DNA of 43,977 bases from a virus (IMGVR_UViG_3300049926_000090:1-43977); one strand, 5' to 3'; positions 24,953 through 34,000 are shown, counted from the first letter of the stretch. The notes: generated by a model from the letters alone, not told the origin. Numbers and translations are program-made.

Positions 24953-25116
24953 GGATCGGCCGCAGGCGGAAGCGGCCACCGCGCCACGTCTGCGTCCGTT
25001 GCTACCAGGAGATCGACGGCAATGACTACCGTTTCCGAGGGGCGTGGCTCGGGGAGGCCGCCGACAAGGATGGCCTCGTGTACGAACACTTCCCGCGCGG
25101 TGCCCGAAGTGACTGA
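24949..25116 (+). CDS. Small basic CxxC protein (55 aa, not in ORF track)
   Basis: MRIGRRRKRPPRHVCVRCYQEIDG...YEH, GTGA coupling, GAGGAG RBS. Confidence 0.55.
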   Translation: MRIGRRRKRPPRHVCVRCYQEIDGNDYRFRGAWLGEAADKDGLVYEHFPRGARSD

Positions 25117-25363
25117 CGAGCAGATCCGCCTCTACGCGATCGCGCGCTGCGTCGCCCCGAGTGGCACCCGCATCCGCACCATCGCCGAGCAGACGACCGG
25201 GGGCGGCACCCTCTACACGATCGAGATGAAAACCCCAGGCGGCACCCTCGAACGCTGGTTCGCCGTGCATAGCTCCACCCTGCGAGCCGGCGTCTCTGAT
25301 GGTGGCATCCTCGCCGCGGAGATCAGGCGCGCAATCGACGGCGCCCCGCCCAACCGGGTCTAG
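25109..25363 (+). CDS. Hypothetical protein
   Basis: MTDEQIRLYAIARC..., overlaps the upstream stop. Confidence 0.55.
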   Translation: MTDEQIRLYAIARCVAPSGTRIRTIAEQTTGGGTLYTIEMKTPGGTLERWFAVHSSTLRAGVSDGGILAAEIRRAIDGAPPNRV

Positions 25364-25554
25364 GGGACGATCGGGATGCAGAGCATCGCCAGGATAGCGA
25401 TCGCCTCGCGGCCGAACTCGCTGGACTCAACGTCGACGTGCTCGATCTGATTGGTGTTCCCGTTGAGGATCGCTCGAGCGCGGCACTCACCGTTGGTCGA
25501 GCAGAGGATTTCGATCTGCCGGTCGGACCGGACGATGTCGTAGCCGTTCAGCAT
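25360..25554 (-). CDS. Hypothetical protein (64 aa)
   Basis: End of the convergent minus-strand operon. Confidence 0.5.
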   Translation of the reverse strand: MLNGYDIVRSDRQIEILCSTNGECRARAILNGNTNQIEHVDVESSEFGREAIAILAMLCIPIVP

Positions 25555-25751
25555 GGCGAGGACCCTACCCCCTCGAGCTTCTCTCGTCCAGCCGGGGTGA
25601 GCCGCAGCCGACCGTCGACGTGCGGGTCGAAGGCGAGGCCGTGGGCGATGGCGATCGCCTGGGCCTTCTGCTTCGCCTTCCCCTCGAGGCGGATCTGCTC
25701 GAGCGCCGCGGTGTCGACGGCGCTACCGACGTCGAAGAGGCGATCGCTCAC
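25548..25751 (-). CDS. Small protein with wing motif (LRLTPAGREKL)
   Basis: 67 aa, with a winged-helix C-terminal signature. Confidence 0.55.
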   Translation of the reverse strand: MSDRLFDVGSAVDTAALEQIRLEGKAKQKAQAIAIAHGLAFDPHVDGRLRLTPAGREKLEGVGSSPC

Positions 25752-25927
25752 GCTGCGACGGGCTCGGGATCGCGACGTCGGGTGAGCTCGGCGAAGGCCT
25801 CTTCATCGCCGCTCGAGGCACGTCGGAGCAACTCGTCGGGGCTGAGCGACGTGAGGGTGCAGTCGACGTCGCGGACTTCGGAGAGAAACCCGATCGCGGC
25901 CGTCAGCCTGTCGACGTCGGAGAACAT
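25748..25927 (-). CDS. Hypothetical protein (59 aa)
   Basis: MFSDVDRLTAAIGFL...SPDELLRRASSGDEEAFAELTRR, which resembles an ECF sigma N-terminal helix motif. Confidence 0.5.
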   Translation of the reverse strand: MFSDVDRLTAAIGFLSEVRDVDCTLTSLSPDELLRRASSGDEEAFAELTRRRDPEPVAA

Positions 25928-25980
25928 GGCCGCAAAGGGGAACAGAGCCGGCGGACGGAAACTCAATCCGGCAGGCCGGA

Positions 25981-26053
25981 CCCAGAACGGCGACCGCCCC
26001 GGCAACCCCCGAGCTGTCTCTACACGGGGGCGCCGGGGCGCGGTCGTCTGGGG
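25981..26053 (-). other. Long intergenic RNA hairpin
   Basis: CCCAGA-CGACC-GCCCCGGC-GCCCCCG...CGGGGGT-GCCGGGGC-GGTCG-TCTGGG nested stems, with GAGACAGCT in the loop. Confidence 0.5.
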
Positions 26054-26058
26054 AGAGG

Positions 26059-26235
26059 CTACAGGGGGAGCACCCCGAGCACGAACTGCTTGCCGCCGTC
26101 GAATTCGATCATGATCGACGCGGGCTCGCCTTCGAGGTTGCCCTCGTCGACGTACTCCACGGTGTCGAACTCGCCACCGGCCTTGATCTTCTCGGCGATC
26201 TGCTTCGCCGCTGCGATCAGCTCCTCTTCCGTCAT
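26059..26235 (-). CDS. Small acidic protein (58 aa, not in ORF track)
   Basis: MTEEELIAAAKQIAEKIKAGGEFDTVEYVDEGNLEGEPASIMIEFDGGKQFVLGVLPL*, ATGA coupling. Confidence 0.6.
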   Translation of the reverse strand: MTEEELIAAAKQIAEKIKAGGEFDTVEYVDEGNLEGEPASIMIEFDGGKQFVLGVLPL

Positions 26236-26498
26236 GCGGGCGCGCCTTCCTCGCCTGCGCCATCCTCGGACGCGGGCGTCTCGCCGCAGTCGACCGGCGC
26301 CGGCTCTTCGGCGGTCGGGATCGGCCCGACCTCGCCGAACGAGACCTGCTCGGGGGAGGTCGTGCCGCCGGACGTCACGCGGACCTCCTGGCCCTCGGGC
26401 ACGTTGACACTCTTGAAGCAGTCGCCGTCGTTGGCGGGGTTGATGCCCTCGACGGTGACGCCTCCGTTGGCGCCGTGATTTCTAACCAGTGTTTCCAT
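26232..26498 (-). CDS. Acidic hypothetical protein
   Basis: 88 aa with CCGAAGGAG RBS. Confidence 0.65.
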   Translation of the reverse strand: METLVRNHGANGGVTVEGINPANDGDCFKSVNVPEGQEVRVTSGGTTSPEQVSFGEVGPIPTAEEPAPVDCGETPASEDGAGEEGAPA

Positions 26499-26538
26499 GC
26501 TTCTCCTTCGGGTTGGTGGGGTCTAGAGCTGGGCGATC

Positions 26539-27264
26539 CTACACCCGCTCCGGCCAGCGCCAGGTGCCGGCGACGATCTCTGCCGGCTCCTCATCCGCGC
26601 CGATCTCCTCGACGACGAACTGCGGGATATTGAACTCCTGGTAGGAGCCGCCCGCGGCCTCGTTATTGACCGGGTTGCCGTCCCTCGAGGTCCCCTGCTT
26701 GCCACAGGTGAACACCGTCAGGTGCACCCTCGAGGGAGACGTCAGCTCGGGCACGTGGCCGAGGGAGACGCCTTCGGGGTCGAGCGTGGCGACCGTGGCG
26801 GTGACGACCGCCGGCAGGTCGTACTTGCCCGTCTTGGAGCGGTAGATCACCGCTCGAGCGATGCCGAGGCCGGCCGGGATCTCGACGGCCTCGTCGACCT
26901 CGGGGGCCTCCTCGGCCTCCTCGTCGAGCACACCGCCCTCCGGCGACTCGGCCGGCGACTCCTGGTCGGGCTGCTCGACGGGCTCATAGATCAACTGGAA
27001 CTCGTCGTCGGCGATCGCGTAGGGGTAGCCCCGTGCGTCGATCGCCAGCCAGCCGTCCTCGCAGAAGAAGGGCTCCGACTCGCTCTCAGACGTGTCGACC
27101 CGGAAGGGGCCTTCGATCCTGATCGCCCGGGTGTTGACCTTCTTGCGGAACTCCGCCCAGGCGTTGCCGGGGGCGAGCTCCTCGTTTGCCGGTATGTGCT
27201 CCTTGGAGAAGTGGATCGCACCGTCGTCGTCGACGGGGATCCCCTCCGCTTTCGCGTCTTCCAT
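26539..27264 (-). CDS. Two-domain phage protein (PGDYG-like N-domain plus WxWP C-domain)
   Basis: RKK..RA..I..PF.V.T...DGWL...RGYPY..F..IYE domain, an acidic linker, then RAVIY...PAVVT...VHLTVF...WRWPERV. Confidence 0.7.
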   Translation of the reverse strand: MEDAKAEGIPVDDDGAIHFSKEHIPANEELAPGNAWAEFRKKVNTRAIRIEGPFRVDTSESESEPFFCEDGWLAIDARGYPYAIADDEFQLIYEPVEQPDQESPAESPEGGVLDEEAEEAPEVDEAVEIPAGLGIARAVIYRSKTGKYDLPAVVTATVATLDPEGVSLGHVPELTSPSRVHLTVFTCGKQGTSRDGNPVNNEAAGGSYQEFNIPQFVVEEIGADEEPAEIVAGTWRWPERV

Positions 27265-27283
27265 GCTGCTCCCTTCGGGAGTT

Positions 27284-27324
27284 GGTTGCTGGGACCGCGC
27301 GAGCCTACTTGACCGGGTGTACAC
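27284..27324 (-). promoter_or_regulatory. GTGTACAC-N9-TAGGCT promoter-like element
   Basis: Same architecture as 24289-24327, including the downstream GCGCG..CCAGCAACC. Confidence 0.55.
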
Positions 27325-27333
27325 CGGCCGACG

Positions 27334-27561
27334 TCAGCCCCGCAATTTGCGGAGAGCCTTGCCTGCCACCGTGTCCTTCTTCGACAGCTCCTCCTCGGCG
27401 TCTTTGAGGGCCTCGCGTATGACGTCGCTGCGAGAGGGCCTCCGTGAGCTCGAGAGGTAGCCGCTCCGGCTATAGCCGACGTCGCGCAGACGATCGACTC
27501 TGGCGACCTCTTTGTCGTTCAGCCGGGCTGAGAGCGTCGTGTCCTTGCTGTACCTGCTCAT
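27334..27561 (-). CDS. Ribbon-helix-helix transcriptional regulator
   Basis: TTLSARL(N)DKEVARVDRL...SRSDVIREAL CopG/Arc pattern. GGAGG RBS. Confidence 0.75.
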   Translation of the reverse strand: MSRYSKDTTLSARLNDKEVARVDRLRDVGYSRSGYLSSSRRPSRSDVIREALKDAEEELSKKDTVAGKALRKLRG

Positions 27562-27579
27562 TGGGCCTCCCCAGGTTGC

Positions 27580-27704
27580 GTCTTACGTGGCTCGAGCGCC
27601 GTCTTACAATGACGATTCGTGCGGGATTGTAAGACATTCGGTCGGGATCCCGCCGAGATGTAAGACGAGCGATCGCCCGTAAGACACTGAGCTCATCGTA
27701 AGAC
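27580..27704. promoter_or_regulatory. Array of six GTCTTAC/GTAAGAC boxes (operator/iteron array)
   Basis: GTCTTAC at 27580 and 27601; GTAAGAC at 27629, 27660, 27679 and 27698. Directly upstream of the RHH gene. Confidence 0.75.
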
Positions 27705-27723
27705 CACCGTGCGGCGCCAGAAC

Positions 27724-27760
27724 GACAAAAGCCCCCCGCCCGGTGAGGGCGAGAGGCTCT
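27724..27760 (-). terminator. Intrinsic terminator ending the late operon
   Basis: GAGCCTCTCGCCC-TCACC-GGGCGGGGGGC-TTTTGT on the minus strand after rusA. Confidence 0.7.
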
Positions 27761-27803
27761 TATCTCCATGAACGAGATCCCGAAGGGAATCCCCGCAGGC
27801 AGT

Positions 27804-28172
27804 CTAGCGCTCGAGCTCGAGAGTCACGATCGTCATTGCCACCGAGGCCGGCGCACAGAGCTCGACGGCGCCGAAGCGGTAATGGTCGGGGGTATCGTCG
27901 GGGATCCACCCGCCGCCCGTCAGGGCGTCTCCCAGGGCCTTCTCGAGGATCACCCTGAAGTTGCCCTCGTCACGACGTCGACGCTGCCGGAAGAAGAGCC
28001 TGGCCGTGGCCCTGACCGCCTCGAGCCCGCGCGGCACCTGCGCCAGCATCAAGGCGGTGCCGCAGTCCCGTTGCCAGTCCTGCTTCACCTTCCGGTTGAC
28101 CGTCCAGTGCGCGTGCGCCGTGCGGTTATAGGAGGGCGGGGTGCCGGGGATCTCGAGGGTGACGAGATCCAC
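27804..28172 (-). CDS. rusA: RusA-like Holliday junction resolvase
   Basis: IPGTPPSYN...HW...RRRDEGNF...K.LGDAL...GWIPDD motif. Confidence 0.75.
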   Translation of the reverse strand: MDLVTLEIPGTPPSYNRTAHAHWTVNRKVKQDWQRDCGTALMLAQVPRGLEAVRATARLFFRQRRRRDEGNFRVILEKALGDALTGGGWIPDDTPDHYRFGAVELCAPASVAMTIVTLELER

Positions 28173-28351
28173 TACTCGGCCACGATCGGGATGATCTCGA
28201 CCGAGTGCCCGCGCTCTGTCAGCGCTGCAGCTCGCTGCTCGGCCTCGGGCTCGGAGCGAAACGGCGCCGCCTTCTCGCCGAACTGCGGTTCCCGATCGGC
28301 GGTGCCGGCGTACCAGCGGGCGTCCGATCTCAGAATGCCGAACATGCTCAC
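28172..28351 (-). CDS. Hypothetical protein (59 aa)
   Basis: MSMFGILRSDARWYAG...AAPFRSEPEAEQRA, coupled overlaps. Confidence 0.6.
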   Translation of the reverse strand: MSMFGILRSDARWYAGTADREPQFGEKAAPFRSEPEAEQRAAALTERGHSVEIIPIVAE

Positions 28352-28860
28352 ACGGGGTGGTGAGCCGGCGTCTCGGCGTTGATCGGCCGCTCGACCGGGT
28401 GGTCGTGGAGGAATTGCCCGATCGCGTCGAGGATCGAGCCGAGCTCGGTGGTGACGTCGTTCTTGCCGACGTCCTCGTTCTCGACCCGGACCCGCAGATC
28501 CGCGAGCGCGGCCGAGACCCCCTCGAAGGTGCCGATCGCCGAGATCGCCGCGTGTACGTCGGGGCTGTCGGCGAGCTCGCCCAGCGCATCCTCGAAGTCC
28601 GCCTGGTAGTCGACTCGCTCGCCTTCCTGCCAGCGATCGAACCAGCGATCGAGGAGGCGGACGGTGACGATCACCGCGGCGCCGAGGACGCCCGCGATTT
28701 CGGCCGAGCCGAGGTTGACGCCGGGGACGTGGGCCGCGATCCAGGCCGCGATCGAGCCCGAGACGGCGGTGATTACGCCGGCCAAGAGGATCGCGACCCG
28801 GTTGGGCGGGAACGTCTCTTGCAGCTTGTCTACGAGCCTGCTGAGTAGTGCTTTGAGCAT
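28348..28860 (-). CDS. Holin
   Basis: Two N-terminal TM helices, directly downstream of the endolysin. Confidence 0.65.
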   Translation of the reverse strand: MLKALLSRLVDKLQETFPPNRVAILLAGVITAVSGSIAAWIAAHVPGVNLGSAEIAGVLGAAVIVTVRLLDRWFDRWQEGERVDYQADFEDALGELADSPDVHAAISAIGTFEGVSAALADLRVRVENEDVGKNDVTTELGSILDAIGQFLHDHPVERPINAETPAHHPV

Positions 28861-28869
28861 CGGGATCTC

Positions 28870-29736
28870 CTAGCTGTAGAGGGGGCGGGCGACCATCGAA
28901 CACTGCGAGAGGTCGCGGTGCTTGGGGAAGACGCCGCCGCCGTTGGACTGGCTGCCGCCGTCGTCGGCCGAAGTGTTGCCGCCGACGTCTTCGCTGACCC
29001 CGTGCTCGACGACGAGCTCACCGTGGTCGCTCGGGCTCGAGGGACCGTTGAATTTCCAGATCGAGATGTCACCCGGGCGGGCCTCGGCAATCGGCACCTG
29101 TACCCAGCCGTTTTCGTGGTTGCGGGCATAGCCTTCGATCGCCACCGAGAAGCAGCAATTGCCGGCGATCTTCGCGCCGCCGATCGCCTTGATGCAGTAG
29201 GAGGCGAAGCAGAGGCACCAAAAGCAGGGACCGAGTCCCCAGTAGGACTCCCAGAAGGTGACGCCGCCGGGCTGGCCCTTGCCGTTGGTGTGGGTCGGCC
29301 CGGAGTTGGAGCCGGACGGGCTCTCGGTCGTGCCGACGAAGCTGCGGGCATAGGCGACCGCGGCCGCCGGCCCCTCGCTCTGCGCCTTGCGGATCTTGCG
29401 GAGCCGCGGCTGTCGGCGCTTGGCGCGCAGTCGCTCGATCCTCGAGCGCTTCTCCGGGTTGCGGAGGAGCTCCTGTGTGGCCTTCGGGAGGATCCCCGCC
29501 TTCAGCCTCTTGCGGTGGCGGCCGCCGAGGCCGAGCACCCAGGAGAAGAAGCGCGCCGCGTGCAGCGTCTGCGGGCCGAGATCGCCGTCCGGGTTGACCG
29601 GCAGCCAGTCGATCCTGTTGTGCTCGAGCTCGGCCTTGAGAGCCTCCTGCAGAGCATGGACGTCGGGGCCATGTGCGAGTGGGGACGTCACCGAGAGGCG
29701 ACGGTTCACGGAGCTCACGGAGCGGGAGGGGGTCAC
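28870..29736 (-). CDS. Endolysin (peptidoglycan-binding plus CHAP amidase/peptidase)
   Basis: GPDVHALQ..L...DGDLGPQT PG-binding domain. CHAP motifs G..ESP.GSN.GP, WC..F, PGDI, HGELV and GGNT. Confidence 0.88.
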   Translation of the reverse strand: MTPSRSVSSVNRRLSVTSPLAHGPDVHALQEALKAELEHNRIDWLPVNPDGDLGPQTLHAARFFSWVLGLGGRHRKRLKAGILPKATQELLRNPEKRSRIERLRAKRRQPRLRKIRKAQSEGPAAAVAYARSFVGTTESPSGSNSGPTHTNGKGQPGGVTFWESYWGLGPCFWCLCFASYCIKAIGGAKIAGNCCFSVAIEGYARNHENGWVQVPIAEARPGDISIWKFNGPSSPSDHGELVVEHGVSEDVGGNTSADDGGSQSNGGGVFPKHRDLSQCSMVARPLYS

Positions 29737-30326
29737 GGCAGGAGTCCTTTCGGATCAAGGTCGACTTCGGCGTCGACGCATTTGCTGAGGGCACAGACTT
29801 CAACACCCGCACCGGACGGTGCCTTTTCGCTCTGGCCGGGTGCCGGCAAGGGTGAGGGTGCAGGAGACGGTGGCGGCCCCGTAGCGGGGCCGGGAGGCTG
29901 ATGGCCGTTGTTAGACGGCGGCTGAAAGGCATCACCCCCTTCCGAGCTCGAGCCCTTACTAGGTAAAGCAGGGGGAGCGTCTATTCGGGGCGGCGGCGGC
30001 TTCGAGGCGAGGAGCAGGGCTTCGCGGCAGAGTGGGAACTGCCGGCAGTTGATAAGGGCGACACGCAGCCGCATCGCGCACTTCCGCGATTCCTGAGAGC
30101 CGCGCGGAGCGTCGAGGCTGCAGACCACGGCGTTATTAATCACCCTCGTCACCTGGGGCCTGAGGACGTCGATCTGGCGCTTCGCATCCCCGGCCTGTTG
30201 GAAGGTGTAGAAGACGGCGATCGCGGCGAGCACGATCAGCAAGGCGAGGGTCACGAAGATCGGCGCCGAGTGCTCGGCGATCCAGACCTCGATTCGATTG
30301 AGGGGCTTCGGGCTCTGTTCTGTCAT
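29733..30326 (-). CDS. Membrane-anchored Cys/Pro-rich protein
   Basis: One TM helix, Cys-containing extracytoplasmic region and Pro-rich tail. Lysis-cassette context. Confidence 0.7.
   Translation of the reverse strand: MTEQSPKPLNRIEVWIAEHSAPIFVTLALLIVLAAIAVFYTFQQAGDAKRQIDVLRPQVTRVINNAVVCSLDAPRGSQESRKCAMRLRVALINCRQFPLCREALLLASKPPPPRIDAPPALPSKGSSSEGGDAFQPPSNNGHQPPGPATGPPPSPAPSPLPAPGQSEKAPSGAGVEVCALSKCVDAEVDLDPKGLLP
29957..29987 (-). promoter_or_regulatory. Conserved 30-bp element, copy 2 (putative late promoter for the lysin)
   Basis: TACTAGGTAAAGCAGGGGGAGCGTCTATTCG, about 220 nt upstream of the endolysin start. Confidence 0.6.
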
Positions 30327-30586
30327 TGCACCACCACCATTCCGATCAGGGTTACGACCACCGCGAGCAGGGAGATCAGGGCTGCGCCCATCGCCAACAC
30401 CATCGCGCGGGCGGCCAGCACCCGCTTGTCGGCGTCCTCCTCGCGGCGTTCTCGTTCTTCCCGCCGATAGTCACGGAATTCCCCTCGCATCTCGCGCAGT
30501 TCACCCCGCAGGCCTCCCTGGCCTTGGACTCCGAAGACGGTTGCATTGAGATCGCCGACCTGGCGCTCGAGCTGCTCGACGCTCAC
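30323..30586 (-). CDS. Coiled-coil protein with C-terminal TM helix
   Basis: 87 aa, lysis-cassette membrane protein. Confidence 0.7.
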   Translation of the reverse strand: MSVEQLERQVGDLNATVFGVQGQGGLRGELREMRGEFRDYRREERERREEDADKRVLAARAMVLAMGAALISLLAVVVTLIGMVVVQ

Positions 30587-31071
30587 TGCGAGTCCACCTG
30601 TTCCTGCGCGACGTGGCGATCGTCGAGCGCTGCCCGCAGCTCGGCGATCCGACTCTCGGTCGAGACGATCGCGGCTTCGGCCTCCGCCGAGGGATCGCGG
30701 CCGGCGGCCAAGTGCAGGGCGATCACCTCGCGCATGAGCGTGACCTCACGCGCCGTCGCGTCGAGCTCAGCCTGCATCGACGCCGTCATGTTCGAGTTGA
30801 CGAGGGTGTGGATTTCGTCGAGCTTGCCGAAGGTTTTGTCGGCGGCGCCGGCCGCGGCCTTTGCAACGCGGCGGTTGTCTTCGACCAAGAGCTGCGCGGC
30901 CTCGGCGGCCTGTTTGGCTACCGCCGTCGCGCGATCGGCGACCCGGTCCTCGCGTGCATAGTCTTCGATCTTCTCCTTGCGGCGCTGGATGCCGTTCAGC
31001 CAACTGAGAAGCAGCGGCCCGATCACAGCAACGAAGAGGGCTACGAGAAGAGTGGTCACTGTGAGCTCCAC
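30583..31071 (-). CDS. N-terminal TM + coiled-coil membrane protein
   Basis: 162 aa with KLDEIHTLVNSNMT motif common in actinophage lysis-cassette membrane proteins. Confidence 0.7.
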   Translation of the reverse strand: MELTVTTLLVALFVAVIGPLLLSWLNGIQRRKEKIEDYAREDRVADRATAVAKQAAEAAQLLVEDNRRVAKAAAGAADKTFGKLDEIHTLVNSNMTASMQAELDATAREVTLMREVIALHLAAGRDPSAEAEAAIVSTESRIAELRAALDDRHVAQEQVDSQ

Positions 31072-34000
31072 GGGTTGCTGTCGGAGCTGCTCGAGCTGCC
31101 CGCCCAGGGGTTACTCGAGCCACTGCCGCCCCCGCCCGACCACGGGTTGTCGGAGGCTTCGGGATCGCGGTACTTGCCTTCCCCGTAGAACTCGAGGAAG
31201 AGGCGATCTTCTTTCTCGTGGGGAATCCCCCATTTGTCGAAGAGTTTGCTGAGCTGCCGGTCGGCTTCGTCGTATTCGGCTTCCATCGCCGCGAGCCGAT
31301 CTTCGCGCTCCTTTTTCATCGCCGGCAGCGAGCGGCGCTTGCCTTCTTCGACCGCGTTCTTCATCCGCGTCGCGTACTCGGCCGAGACGTCGTCGCGGGC
31401 GCTCGAGCTGTTCTTCTCGAATGCCTTCAACACCCGGCCGAGGAGAGCGGAGTCGTGCTCTTTGCCGGCGTCCTTGGGGAGCGGCGGCGCGATCAGGGTG
31501 CGGACGTAGCGCTCGGCCGAGTCATAGCCGCGCAGCTTCGCCGAGAGTTTGTCGAGGGCCTCCTGGCGCTCGGTCGACAGCGAGCCGATCACCGGCAGCT
31601 TGCCCACCCCCTCGCCTTTCTTGCGGCCGGCGGGGATCGTCGCCTCCCCTGCCACTCTCGAGAGCGGTGAGAGCGAGAGCATCTGTCCGAAGGCGTTCCA
31701 CCCCGAGCCGCCTTCCTGCTTACCCGAGAGCGGCGAGACGCCGTAGATCGCCGTCCCCAGAGCCGCCAGGGCAGGCTGAGCGAGCTTGGCGGCCGCGATC
31801 CCCTTCGGGCCTTCGGCCGAGCCGCCCAGGGCCTCTACGAGCGCGTTGGAGCCCGGCGCGATCCTCGAGAGGTCGATGAACTTCTTTTCGCCGCCGAGGT
31901 CGATCGGCACCATCGCCCACTGTGTGAAGTAGCTCGGGTCGCCGCCGAGGAGTTTCTTGATCTCCTGCGCGTTCTGCTGGCCGAGGTAATAGAGCATCGC
32001 CGCCTTCACCGGGTGACGTTTCGGAAAGGCATAGAAGGTCCAGCGCAGCGACATACGGATGAAGGGGTAGAAGATCATCGCCTGCGCCGCGACCCGCTCG
32101 TTCTTGGTCAGCGCCGACCAGTTGCCCATGACGTCGTCGAGGTAGGACTGGTAACGGTTCGACCACTTCGGGTGCCCGGCAACCCACTCGGCCTGCTCTT
32201 TGAGCGTCTTGCCCTTCATCTCTTTGAGGGCGAGGCCCATCTCCCGGTTGAGCCCGCCGATACCGTGCACGAAGCTGTTGGTGCGGCTGTTCAGATCCTT
32301 GTCGATTTTCGCCAACGTCGCGAGCGCCCGGATGCGACCGCCCTTCCACTGGTCGAGGCGCTGAATCGAGGTCGGGATGCCCCGCAGAAAGCGACCGTAG
32401 GGCGTCCCCTCGAGCGTCGTGTAGGCCCTCGCGGCCGCGTCCATATCGCCGGCTTTGAGGTCGAGCTTGAGATCCTCGGCGCGCTCGATCGTGCGGGTGG
32501 TGACACCCACCCAGGAGTCGAACTCCTGCCGCGCGGTCGGGTCCATCTCCTTGTAGGTACGGATCGCCTTTTTGACGAAGGCCGGGTTCAAGAGCTTCGG
32601 CTGGGCGACCGCGGCCTGCCCATACTCGGCGATCACCTGCATCGCGGCCCAGGCCGGCGAGGTCCCGAGGATCAGGAACGACGTCGCCCGATTCACCTTC
32701 GCGATCTTCGGCGCGACGAGTGTGTTGGCGAGCTGGGCGACGAGCTCGTCCATCCCCGCTTTGCGGACGATCATGTAGTGAGAGCCGGCCGGGCCTTTGC
32801 CCTGGCGGAGCTGGTCGAGCTGGCCGACGAGCTCGAAGTCCTGGGCGGTGATTCCTTTGCCTTTTCCCTTGCCCTCGAGGACGTCGTAGATCCGCTTGTA
32901 GAACTGGCGCGGCACCTTCATCCACTGATCGCTCGAGAGCACGGGATCTGTTCCGCGGAAGAGCTCGTCGGCCTCCCTCGCCGACCACTCTTTGTGGCCG
33001 CCGGGCTCGAAGCGGTTGGACTCGATCACCGAGCGCGCCGCCTTGTAGCTCTCGCGGCGGGCGACCGGCCGGGCGATCGACTCGCGGATCATCGGCCGCA
33101 GACCCTCCTCGACCATCCCGAACTCCTCGGCGGTGCCCTTGCGCATCTTCGATTTGCCGGGCATCTGCGTCAGCTTCGAGCCGCTCGAGCCGTAGACGGG
33201 GGCGCCGTGGGCCCGACCCATACCGGCGTGCTGGTACTCGGGGAAGTCGCGCTCGGCGATGCCCTCCTGGCGGAGGCGCTGCTTGACCGTCTCGGCGAAC
33301 TCCGGGGTCAGGGTGGTGTCGACCTCGCGGGACGCCTTGTGCTTGGCGATCGCCATCTCGTCGGCCCTCCCGGCCTGCTCGCGGAGGTTGGCGGCGTGGA
33401 CGTCGAGTTTGTCGATCCGAACCCGCAGCTTCTCCTGGGCGATCGGCAGGTCGACGCCGACCGAACGGAGCACCTGGCGCGGGTTCTTGCCCTGGCCGAG
33501 CCGGGTCTTGTTCTGGCGCTCGTAGATCCCCAGCCGCTCGCGCATGATCGAGGCTTTCTTCTCCGCGGTGTCGGCCTTCTTGCGGAGCGCGCGGCCGCGG
33601 GAACGATCGTGCCGGGCCTCTCTGCGCAGGACGTCCTTGGAGAGCTTGCCGCGCTGAGGCGCCGAGCGGACGATCTCGCGCACCGAGCGCGGGTGCATCT
33701 CCTCGGGGAAGGGGATGTCTCGGTGTGTCGCGGCGGAGAGGAAGCGGGCACGCTCGGAGTGCTCGGGGGCGAGCTCGGCCGAGTTCTCGCGGGCGTGGCG
33801 CCCCTGGTCGCGATAGGCCCGCACCGTGTCGATCACCGCCGGGTTGGCGAGGACGTCGGGCTTGGCCTCTATGTGGGCGATCACGTCGCGGGTGTAGAGC
33901 TGATCGGGTGCCGGTGCCATCCCCGGCGGGGGCTCTTTGAGCCGACCCTTGATCCGCCTGACCTCGGCGAGCATCGCGACCGGGTCGTCCATCCGCATCG

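Noticed and set aside
27580-27704. CRISPR array or solitary CRISPR repeat (units ending GTAAGAC)
   Set aside because: Only a 7-bp core is shared, orientation flips and the gaps are 12-24 nt. This fits protein-binding boxes, and no cas genes are present.
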